Below the pieces are notes generated by a model. It did no database searches, was not told where the DNA came from, and saw nothing but the letters and a program-made list of their open reading frames with translations. A program made the translations under genes and the position numbers. A stretch of 64,000 bases of DNA from Candidatus Dormiibacterota bacterium. Its GTDB lineage: Bacteria; Chloroflexota; Dormibacteria; Aeolococcales; Aeolococcaceae. Location of the stretch: the NCBI GenBank assembly GCA_035995545.1, contig DASYKI010000012.1, positions 48,914-112,913 of the forward strand, in the 5' to 3' direction. This document shows positions 21,243-28,912 of this stretch, in pieces; positions within the stretch are counted from its first letter, which is position 1, and every line of letters starts with the position of its first letter.

Positions 21243-22127
21243 TCACGCCGCCTGCGCGGCGCACGCCTCGGCCGCATCCATCAGGGTCAGACCGAAGTCG
21301 TCGGTGTCGTCGGGTGGGTGACCGCGGAGGAGGACGAGGAGGGTGGCGAGGTCGAGGAGCATGCGCTCGGCCGGGATGTCGAGGTGGAAGCCGGTGAGGT
21401 CCTCGATGCGGTCGAGGCGGTAGCGCAGGGTGTTGGTGTGGATGTGCAGGGCGGCGGCGGCGCTGGCTTGGGTGCCGCCCTGGCGTCGCAGGGCGTCGAG
21501 GGTCCGGACGTAGATGCGGCGCTGCGGGCCGGGCAGGCCGAGGACGGGCTGGAGGGGTTCCAGCAGCGTGGCCTGGCCCTCCAGGTCGAGGCCGGCGAGC
21601 ATGCGTGGGACGAGCAGCTCGCGGGCGGTGACCAGGGGCCCCTCGAGGTCCAGGGCGACGGCCAGCGCGGCGTCGGCGACGGCGCGAAAGTAGGTGGCGC
21701 GCAGAGCTCGCAGGCCCAGCACGGGCGGGCGCGCGAGGAGGAGGCCCGTATGCGCCGCCGCCTCCTCCCGGGCGACACGAACGGCGTGCCGCCAGCTCGC
21801 CGGAGCGGGCGCCGGCACGACCACTGCGGCGTGGCGTGGCGGGCCGTCGCCGGCGACCGCCGCCGCGCGCGGGATCAGCCCGGCGACGCGGCGGGCCACC
21901 GCGATCGCGTCGGTGTCGGGACCGAAGAGGAGGAGGAGCCCGTGGGGCACGCGGAGCTCATGGCGGCGCAACCGGGCCACGTGGGCCGCCTCGCGCTCGT
22001 GGAACAGGTCGTCGAACAGGGCGGCCAGCGCCCTGCCCGAGGACGGCGGCGGCACCGTGACCCTCCCGCCGCCGGAACCGCCGTCGCCAGATCCGGGCAC
22101 GCCCTGGGGGCGCGTAGACTCGGACAT
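21243..22127 (-). CDS. PucR/CdaR-family transcriptional regulator
   Basis: C-terminal PucR-type HTH (LRRQGGTQASAAAALHIHTNTLRYRLDRIEDLTGF) with an N-terminal GGDEF-like/unknown sensor region. Confidence 0.65.
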   Translation of the reverse strand: MSESTRPQGVPGSGDGGSGGGRVTVPPPSSGRALAALFDDLFHEREAAHVARLRRHELRVPHGLLLLFGPDTDAIAVARRVAGLIPRAAAVAGDGPPRHAAVVVPAPAPASWRHAVRVAREEAAAHTGLLLARPPVLGLRALRATYFRAVADAALAVALDLEGPLVTARELLVPRMLAGLDLEGQATLLEPLQPVLGLPGPQRRIYVRTLDALRRQGGTQASAAAALHIHTNTLRYRLDRIEDLTGFHLDIPAERMLLDLATLLVLLRGHPPDDTDDFGLTLMDAAEACAAQAA

Positions 22128-22320
22128 CGCCGTGTCCTCCTACGTGGATGCGGCCAACGGCCCCGGGAGCTCCACCTCCGCGGGGCCACTACGCGCCAGA
22201 GCGAACGTGTGTACGATACCACACGGTTGTAGGGGGGAAGGCTGTCATTCGGCCGCACTCCAGCGGCGAAGATGGCCTGGGGGTGCTCCCCCCACGCTCC
22301 GCCTCGCATGGCGAGCAGGC

Positions 22321-23100
22321 CTATCCGACGAGGTACGTCTCGTAGATCACGCCTGCGGGCTGGCGGCCACCGACGCTGATGAAGACACCTTTGTTCAACC
22401 AGTCGAGATCGGGGGCGACGGCCTCGATCTGCGTTGCTGCGCGGAAGGTGTACTCGTCAGCGTTCACGTCCTCACCCCGGGCGAGACGTGCGAGAACCTC
22501 GGCGCTGCCGTGGCGCACACTTCGTGATTGCACGTAGAGCAAATCACCGCGGTCGGTCTTCAGCGCGTAGCGGATGTCGCCGAGCGCAGTACCGTCCGGG
22601 CGGACGATCTGCCAGTCGGCGCTGGCGCCCGGGAGCAGGATGCCGTTGATCGCAGGACCGGTGAACGTCCCACCGGCCAGGGGCACGATGCGCCTGTGGC
22701 CCTGGGCGGTGTCGCCGAGATCCAGCGGCTGACCGAGGGTAGCCTCCAAGCGGTAGACCAGGGTCAGGTGAGGATCGGGAAGGCGATTGCTCGTGCCGGG
22801 CTCGGTCGCCCTGGCCGCCGGGTCGTTGGGATGGGGTTCCAGCGGGGTGGCGGTGATGTGCATCCACTCGAAGAGTGGAAGAGTGCGGAGCAGATCGTCG
22901 AGCTGGCTCTTGCTGCCGGCACGGTAGAGGCCGATGGTCCTGGTCACACCGGGTGCCACGGACCGCTTCCAGACCCGCACCAGGTGCCCGTCGTCCGCGA
23001 GCTTGTCCGCAGCGGACGTCTCAGCGTTCTCGCGCTCCTTGACCTCGTACTCCGGAGTCCCATCCGGAATGCTGGTCTCGAACTCCACCAGGAATTCCAT
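22321..23100 (-). CDS. Fusion protein: muconolactone delta-isomerase-like N-domain plus DUF3237 C-domain
   Basis: N-terminal roughly 95 aa (MEFLVEFETSIPDGTPEYEVKERENAE...LVRVWKR...RTLPLFEWMHITATPLEPHPND) resembles MIase. The remainder matches DUF3237 beta-barrel proteins. Confidence 0.55.
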   Translation of the reverse strand: MEFLVEFETSIPDGTPEYEVKERENAETSAADKLADDGHLVRVWKRSVAPGVTRTIGLYRAGSKSQLDDLLRTLPLFEWMHITATPLEPHPNDPAARATEPGTSNRLPDPHLTLVYRLEATLGQPLDLGDTAQGHRRIVPLAGGTFTGPAINGILLPGASADWQIVRPDGTALGDIRYALKTDRGDLLYVQSRSVRHGSAEVLARLARGEDVNADEYTFRAATQIEAVAPDLDWLNKGVFISVGGRQPAGVIYETYLVG

Positions 23101-23177
23101 GCTTCCTCAACTTCGCCCGAGTGGTACGGCGTTGTCAACCGCGTCCCGCCCGGTGCGCGGATCAGAGGAGATCAATC

Positions 23178-23684
23178 GTGAAGCCATCCGCGGGAGTGGC
23201 GAACGTCGTTCTGGTCCATGGCGGCTTTGTGGACGGATCCGGTCCTGCTGCCCTAGGTACACTCCGGCGCGAGATGTCGCGGTTTTTCGCCCAGCTCTAC
23301 GCGCCGCTGTTCCTCGTCCTCGGCATCGGCGGCCTCCTCCTCGGCGACGCCGGCACGCCGGGAAAGGGTGAGCTCGGCCCCCTCGACCTCGACCTCACCT
23401 GGGCGCGCGACGTCCTCGACCTGGCCCTGCTGCTGGTCTTCGCCGCCGTCGGCTTCGTCCTCTCCAGGCACCTGGGACGGCGCCTCATGGCACTGGCCGG
23501 CCTGCTGCTGCTCGGCCTCGGCGTGGCCGGCTTCGTCGCGGGCGAGAGCGGCTTCCTCGGCATGCAGTTCGACACGCCGATGAACGTCTTCGACGTCGTC
23601 GCCGGACTGCTCGCCCTGCTCGCCGCGGCCGGCACCATCGAGGAACCGGAGCCGCCGCAGGGCTCCTTCCTACGGGGCGGCTGA
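23178..23684 (+). CDS. Hypothetical membrane protein with an alpha/beta-hydrolase-like N-terminal motif
   Basis: GAGGAG RBS 7 nt before the GTG. N-terminus VVLVHGGFVDGSG, then about 4 hydrophobic helices. Confidence 0.4.
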   Translation: MKPSAGVANVVLVHGGFVDGSGPAALGTLRREMSRFFAQLYAPLFLVLGIGGLLLGDAGTPGKGELGPLDLDLTWARDVLDLALLLVFAAVGFVLSRHLGRRLMALAGLLLLGLGVAGFVAGESGFLGMQFDTPMNVFDVVAGLLALLAAAGTIEEPEPPQGSFLRGG

Positions 23685-23978
23685 CCCCCGCCCGTTGCCG
23701 CCGTTGACCGACACGTAGGGCTCGCCGTCCTCGTGGTGGCGGATCTTCTCGACGGTGTCCCGCACCGAGACCGCCGCCTCGGCCACGCTGCGCGCGGCGC
23801 TCTGCGCCTTGGGCACGACGGTGCGCGCCGTCTCCTGGGCGCGCTGCATGCCGATCCGCCCCTGCTCGACCGCTCGCGCGATCTGGGCCCGCGTGCGCGA
23901 CCCCTCCTGCGGTGCGATGCAGACGCCGATGGCGGTGCCGATGACCATGCCGTGCATGACGCCGCGGACGTAGCCCAT
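23670..23978 (-). CDS. YtxH-like/general-stress small membrane-associated protein (hypothetical)
   Basis: MGYVRGVMHGMVIGTAIGVCIAP hydrophobic N-terminus followed by a charged helical tail. Confidence 0.35.
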   Translation of the reverse strand: MGYVRGVMHGMVIGTAIGVCIAPQEGSRTRAQIARAVEQGRIGMQRAQETARTVVPKAQSAARSVAEAAVSVRDTVEKIRHHEDGEPYVSVNGGNGRGSAAP

Positions 23979-24007
23979 GTCGAACCTCCTTGACAACCGG
24001 ACGCTTT

Positions 24008-24370
24008 TCAGGTCAGCGCTGACGAGCCCCACGACCCGTCGGGGGTGATGCGCAGGCGTTCCACGGGCCTGCCGTGGACGAGGTGCTCCTCGACGATCTC
24101 GGGCACGTCCTCGGCGCGAAGCCGGCCGTACCAGATGCCGTCGGGATAGACGATCACGATCGGGCCCTGGTGGTGCTGCTGGTTGCAGCCCATCCGCGTG
24201 GTGCGCACATGCCGCAGGTTGCGCCGTTCGACCTCGTCGCGCAAGCGCTGCAGCACCTTTTCGGACCCCTGGCCGCCGCAGTGGTGCCGTCCCACCGTGG
24301 TGCAGACGAAGACGTGGAGGTCGTGGACGGCGGGAGGCGCCGTCTCGTCGATGGTCGACATGGCCCCCAC
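24008..24370 (-). CDS. Thioredoxin-like [2Fe-2S] ferredoxin
   Basis: Four Cys spaced as in the thioredoxin-like ferredoxin family (C..C...C...C: VCTTVGRHHCGG ... GCNQ), about 120 aa. Confidence 0.55.
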   Translation of the reverse strand: MGAMSTIDETAPPAVHDLHVFVCTTVGRHHCGGQGSEKVLQRLRDEVERRNLRHVRTTRMGCNQQHHQGPIVIVYPDGIWYGRLRAEDVPEIVEEHLVHGRPVERLRITPDGSWGSSALT

Positions 24371-24414
24371 ATTGTCACGCCGGTCGTCGTCCTCGCCGCC
24401 CGTAGACTGAGGAC

Positions 24415-25284
24415 GTGACCCGCGTCGACATGCACATGCACACCGTCGCCTCCGACGGCGACCTCACTCCCGAGGAGCTGGTCGCCCGCTGCGCCGAGCA
24501 GGGCCTGGCCACCATCGCGGTGACCGACCACAACAGCATCGTCAACGTCGATCGCGCCCGCGCCGCCTGCGAGGAGCGCGGCATGGAGCTGGTCCCGGCA
24601 TGCGAGATCAGCACCCGCTGGAACGGCCGAGAGCATCACCTGCTCGCCTACTTCGTGCCCCTCGACGACCCCGTCTTCGCCGAGCGCATCGAGCGCGTCC
24701 GCCAGGCCGACATGGATCGCTGCCGCCGCTGGGTGGAGAACGCCGGGCGCGAGGGCTTCGCTGTGCGCTGGGAGGACGTCGAGGCGCTGGTCGGTCCCGA
24801 CCGCGTGCCGCCGTTCGCCCTGCTTGGCCGCGCCCTGGTCGACGCCGGGCGCGACGACCCGCGGCTCGACCCCTACCGGGAGAGCCGCGGCCGCCTCTTC
24901 GTCGACTGGTTCGGCACCGACAAGCCGCTGGCCACCGAGAAGCCCTACCAGCCAGAGCTCCCCGAGGCGGTCCAGTGGGTGCGCGAGGCCGGCGGCGTCC
25001 CCGTGCTGGCCCACCCCGGGGCCACGCTGGGCAGCCTCGATCCCGAGCAGGCCTTCGCCGACCTGTTCGCCCAGGGGCTGGGCGGGGTGGAGGCGTGGAC
25101 CACCTGGCACCGTCCCGAGCAGTCGGAGCGCTTCGAGGCGCTGGCCGGCGCCGCCGGGCTCACCGTCACCGCCGGCGCCGACTTCCACGGGCCCACCGTC
25201 AAGCCGTTCGTGGCCAACCCGGGACAGGTGACCCACAACGGTCCCGAGGTCATCGACGGGCTGCTCCGCGCTCGCGAGGGCTGA
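24415..25284 (+). CDS. PHP-domain metal-dependent phosphoesterase
   Basis: DMHMHTVASDG, AVTDHN and AHPG metal-ligand motifs of the PHP fold. Confidence 0.75.
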   Translation: MTRVDMHMHTVASDGDLTPEELVARCAEQGLATIAVTDHNSIVNVDRARAACEERGMELVPACEISTRWNGREHHLLAYFVPLDDPVFAERIERVRQADMDRCRRWVENAGREGFAVRWEDVEALVGPDRVPPFALLGRALVDAGRDDPRLDPYRESRGRLFVDWFGTDKPLATEKPYQPELPEAVQWVREAGGVPVLAHPGATLGSLDPEQAFADLFAQGLGGVEAWTTWHRPEQSERFEALAGAAGLTVTAGADFHGPTVKPFVANPGQVTHNGPEVIDGLLRAREG

Positions 25285-25330
25285 CGCCCGGCACGGCTCG
25301 CCGTCCCGGTTTGTCAAGCTGTAGCCCGAC

Positions 25331-25780
25331 ATGGAGCTCGACTTCGCACTCTTCGCCGACAGCGCCGCCGTCCCGCCCGACGGCAAGGTCTACATCCTCG
25401 GCGGCGGCTTCTCGACGATCACGCTGCCGCAGCTCCCCGGGCGGGTCACCTTCGCGGTGGTCGCCGGCTTCCGCTTCGGCGCCGCCGACGCCGGCCGCAC
25501 CCATCAGGTCGAGCTGCGCTTCGTCGACGAGGGCGGCAAGCTCATCCTGCCCCCCGTCAACCTGCAGTTCCAGTCGGCCGGCGAGCCCCCGCCGGAGGGA
25601 CGCGAGGTCACGGTGTCGACGGTGTCGTTCCTCTCACCGATGTTCGGCGAGCCCGGCGGCTACTCCGCCGAGTACTGGTACGGCGACCGCATGCTCGCCA
25701 GCGTGCGCATGCGCGTCGAGGAGCAGGCCGGCCAGCAGCAGCCCGTCGCCCCCGGCGCTATGGGCCCCCGGCCCAACTGA
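25331..25780 (+). CDS. Hypothetical protein
   Basis: ORF with coding-like composition; no motif recognised. Confidence 0.35.
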   Translation: MELDFALFADSAAVPPDGKVYILGGGFSTITLPQLPGRVTFAVVAGFRFGAADAGRTHQVELRFVDEGGKLILPPVNLQFQSAGEPPPEGREVTVSTVSFLSPMFGEPGGYSAEYWYGDRMLASVRMRVEEQAGQQQPVAPGAMGPRPN

Positions 25781-25802
25781 CCGACCAGTCGGTCGCGACG
25801 GG

Positions 25803-26666
25803 CTAGCGCGCCCGGTCCGGGTACTCGTAGAAGCCGCGCCCGCTCTTCTGTCCCAGCCATCCCGCCGCGACCATGCGGCGCAGCAGCGGGGGAGGGGCGT
25901 AGTCGGCGTTGGCGTACTCCTCGTAGAGCGCCTCGCAGACGAAGAGGGCGGTGTCGAGGCCGATGTAGTCGAGCAACTGCAGCGGCCCCATTGGGTGGCC
26001 GCAGCCGAGGCGCATCCCCTCGTCGATGTCCTCCTTGGTGGCGAATCCCGACTCGTAGACGCGCACCGCGTGGGTGAGGAAGGGGATGAGCAGCAGGTTG
26101 ACGATGAAGCCGCCGCGATCCTGGGCGACGATGATGCGCTTGCCGAGCTGCTCGCCGAAGGCCGCGGCCGTCGACATCGTCTGCTCGCTGGTGGCCACGC
26201 TGCGCACCAGCTCGAGCAGCTTCATCACCGGCGGGGGATTGAAGAAGTGGGTCCCCACCACGGCCTCGGGGCGGCGCGTCGCGCGGGCGATCTCGATGAT
26301 CGGCAGCGACGAGGTGTTTGTGGCAAGGATGGCATCATCTCGGGCGATCCGGTCGAGCTTCTCGAAGAGCGCCATCTTCTCGGGGAGTCGCTCGGCGATG
26401 GCCTCGATGACGATGTCGGCCGGGGCCAGCTCCTCCATGTCGAGGCTGAAGCTGATGCGCCCCTCGATCTCGGCGACCTGCTCGTCGCTGAGCTTGCCGG
26501 TGCTGCGGCCGCGGTCCAGCGAGCGCCGGATGCGCTGGCGGGCGCCGTCGAGCTGGCGCTCGTCGACCTCGCAGACGGTGGTGGTGATGCCGCTGCGCGC
26601 CGCCACCTCGGCGATGCCGGAGCCCATCAGCCCCGCCCCCACGATGCCCAGCGTCGCGATCGCCAT
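25803..26666 (-). CDS. hbd: 3-hydroxybutyryl-CoA (3-hydroxyacyl-CoA) dehydrogenase
   Basis: Rossmann IVGAGLMGSGIA, TNTSSL and the C-terminal dimerisation domain (GFIVNLLL, GCGHPMGPLQLLDYIGLD). Confidence 0.85.
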   Translation of the reverse strand: MAIATLGIVGAGLMGSGIAEVAARSGITTTVCEVDERQLDGARQRIRRSLDRGRSTGKLSDEQVAEIEGRISFSLDMEELAPADIVIEAIAERLPEKMALFEKLDRIARDDAILATNTSSLPIIEIARATRRPEAVVGTHFFNPPPVMKLLELVRSVATSEQTMSTAAAFGEQLGKRIIVAQDRGGFIVNLLLIPFLTHAVRVYESGFATKEDIDEGMRLGCGHPMGPLQLLDYIGLDTALFVCEALYEEYANADYAPPPLLRRMVAAGWLGQKSGRGFYEYPDRAR

Positions 26667-26747
26667 GCTTGCAGGCCTCCGTACCCTAGCGGTGGTCACC
26701 CCAGCCAGAGCACAGTCTGCCCGCCGCCGCAGGGGTCGCGCACGCCG

Positions 26748-27137
26748 TCAGCCCTGGAGCGGCTCCTCGCCCTGTTCCGGGCCGTCCTCGAAGTTCGCGT
26801 AGAAGGCCTGCCCGCACCCGCACGCCTTCTCCGCCAGCGGATTCGCCATGCGGAATCCGCGTCCGCGGTGTGAGTCCTCGTAGTCGAGGATTCCCCCCTC
26901 GATCATCGGCATGCCCTCGGCCTGCACCACCACGCGCACGTCCGGTGCGGCGTCGAAGGCGACGTCGTCCTCGTGCTCGTCGTCGAGCTCGAAGTAGACC
27001 TTGAACCCCTGGCAGCCACCCAGCCGCACGTCGACGCGGAACGCCGCGTCCGGCCGCGACTCCTCGGCGCGGAGCACGCGAATCGCCTCGACGGCGTCGG
27101 TGGTCCACAGCAGCGTCGGGGTCTGCACTGTGGTCAT
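26748..27137 (-). CDS. HesB/IscA-family Fe-S cluster carrier-like protein
   Basis: GGCQGFKVYF...CGCGQAF is the three-Cys A-type carrier pattern. Paralogous to the ErpA-like gene at 42298. Confidence 0.55.
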   Translation of the reverse strand: MTTVQTPTLLWTTDAVEAIRVLRAEESRPDAAFRVDVRLGGCQGFKVYFELDDEHEDDVAFDAAPDVRVVVQAEGMPMIEGGILDYEDSHRGRGFRMANPLAEKACGCGQAFYANFEDGPEQGEEPLQG

Positions 27138-27203
27138 GAGGCCCACATCATGGCACCCGGCGCCCCCCGGGCCGCTCCCGGCGGCCTGCGTATCATGCGG
27201 AGC

Positions 27204-27599
27204 ATGCCGGAGTCGCGCCGCGTCGCCCTGGTCAGCGACGACCTCATGTTCCGCAGCCAGCTCGACGCCGCCGTGCGCCGCACCGGGGGCGAGCTGGTGA
27301 TGGCGCGCATCGACGAGATCCCCCAGGCCGACGCCCTGTTCGTGGACCTCAACCGCGACTCGCCGCACCGCCTCGGCCTGATCGCCCGGGTGCGCGAGGC
27401 CCAGCCCGAGGCCACCATCGTGGCCTTCTGCCACCACGAGGCCAAGGACGTGCGCGAGGCGGCGATGCGCGTCGGCGCCTCCAGCTGCATCACCAACGGC
27501 GCCCTGCAGTCGGCGACGCTGCGCCTGGCGGGGCGGCGCTACACCGCCGAGGCGGCCGCCGCCCTCGAGGCGGAGGCCGCGGGCCCGGGCGATGCCTGA
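27204..27599 (+). CDS. Stand-alone receiver (REC)-like domain protein, atypical
   Basis: VALVSDD acidic pocket, LFVDLN phospho-Asp-like site, TIVAF and HHEAK (Thr/Lys) positions of the CheY fold. The 3' end overlaps the M20 start. Confidence 0.4.
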   Translation: MPESRRVALVSDDLMFRSQLDAAVRRTGGELVMARIDEIPQADALFVDLNRDSPHRLGLIARVREAQPEATIVAFCHHEAKDVREAAMRVGASSCITNGALQSATLRLAGRRYTAEAAAALEAEAAGPGDA

Positions 27600-28803
27600 G
27601 GCGACCGGCCTGGCGCAGCTCGACCGCCGCGTCAGCAGCCTGGTCGACACGCTGCGCCCGCAGCTCGTCGAGGACCGCCGCCACCTCCACCGCCACCCGG
27701 AGCTCAGCTACCAGGAGCGGGCCACCGCCGAGATGTGCGCCGAGCGCTGCCAGGTGCTCGGCTTCAGCGTCCGCACCGAGGTGGGCGGCACCGGCGTGCT
27801 CGCCGACCTCGACAGCGGCCGCCCCGGCCCGACGGTGATGCTCCGCGCCGACACCGACGCGCTGCCCATCATCGAGCGCGGCGCCGATCGGCCGGTGACC
27901 TCGGCCAACCCCGGCGCCATGCACGCCTGCGGCCACGACGGCCACGTCGCCATGGCCCTGGGCGCCGCGGCCATCCTCAGCGACCTGCGCGACGCCTGGA
28001 GCGGCCGCGTGCGGATGTGCTTCCAGCCCGCCGAGGAGGTCGCCGGCGGAGCGCAGCCGATGATCGACGCGGGCGCGGCCGACGGCGTCGACCGTGTCCT
28101 CGGCATCCACCTGTGGGCGCCGCTGCAGGTGGGGCGCGTCGCCGTGGGACCCGGCCCGCTCTTCGGCAGCGCCGACGAGTTCGGCCTTGTCGTGCGCGGC
28201 CGCGGTGGCCACGGCGGCATGCCGCACACCAGCGTCGACCCGGTCGTCTGCGCTGCGCAGATCGTCACCGCACTGCAGACGGTGGTGTCGCGTGAGACCT
28301 CGCCGTTCAACCCCGCGGTGGTGACCATCGGGCGCATCGAGGGCGGCTCGGCGTTCAACGTCATCGCCGAGGAGGTGCGCATGCGCGGCACCGTGCGCGC
28401 CTTCGACGCCGACGAGCGCGAGCGCCTGCTCCGCCGCATCGCCGAGATCGCGCAGGACATGGCCAGATCTCTGCGCTGCGAGGCCGAGTTCGTGCGCGCC
28501 AACGGCTGCCCGCCGGTGGTCAGCGATGCGGGCGTGGCCGAGGTGGTGCGCCGCGCCGCCGTCGCCACGGTGGGGGAGGAGAACGTCGACGTGGCGCCGC
28601 GGATCACCGTCGGCGACGACGTCGCCCTGTTCCTCGAGCGTGCGCCCGGCTGCTATTTCCTGGTCGGGGCCGGCGACGTCGCCCGCCGCCAGGTGGCGCC
28701 CCATCACCATCCTGAATTCGACATCGACGAGCGCTGCCTGCCCGTCGGTGCCGCGACCCTCGCGCGCGCGGCCTTGACGGAGCTAACTCCGGCGCTCCCT
28801 TAA
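27592..28803 (+). CDS. M20-family amidohydrolase (aminoacylase/hippurate-hydrolase-like)
   Basis: MHACGHDGH, QPAEE and GGHGGMPH metal-binding blocks; dimerisation domain. Confidence 0.85.
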   Translation: MPEATGLAQLDRRVSSLVDTLRPQLVEDRRHLHRHPELSYQERATAEMCAERCQVLGFSVRTEVGGTGVLADLDSGRPGPTVMLRADTDALPIIERGADRPVTSANPGAMHACGHDGHVAMALGAAAILSDLRDAWSGRVRMCFQPAEEVAGGAQPMIDAGAADGVDRVLGIHLWAPLQVGRVAVGPGPLFGSADEFGLVVRGRGGHGGMPHTSVDPVVCAAQIVTALQTVVSRETSPFNPAVVTIGRIEGGSAFNVIAEEVRMRGTVRAFDADERERLLRRIAEIAQDMARSLRCEAEFVRANGCPPVVSDAGVAEVVRRAAVATVGEENVDVAPRITVGDDVALFLERAPGCYFLVGAGDVARRQVAPHHHPEFDIDERCLPVGAATLARAALTELTPALP

Positions 28804-28824
28804 CAAGCCTTTTCGCCGCTTGTT
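28802..28824 (+). terminator. Hairpin (AACAAGC-9nt-GCTTGTT) immediately after the M20 hydrolase stop
   Basis: Perfect 7-bp inverted repeat seen directly; weak U-tract. Confidence 0.35.
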
Positions 28825-28863
28825 TGCCGCCTGACCGGGCGAAGAGCACAATCGCCGCACACG

Positions 28864-28881
28864 GATGTATCTACGTACATC
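28864..28881. promoter_or_regulatory. Inverted repeat GATGTA-N6-TACATC in an AT-richer spacer upstream of the beta-helix gene (candidate operator)
   Basis: Seen directly; located 30 nt upstream of the ATG at 28913 in a locally low-GC stretch. Confidence 0.25.
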
Positions 28882-28912
28882 CCATTCGTTGGGGCACGAG
28901 GGCAAACAGGTA

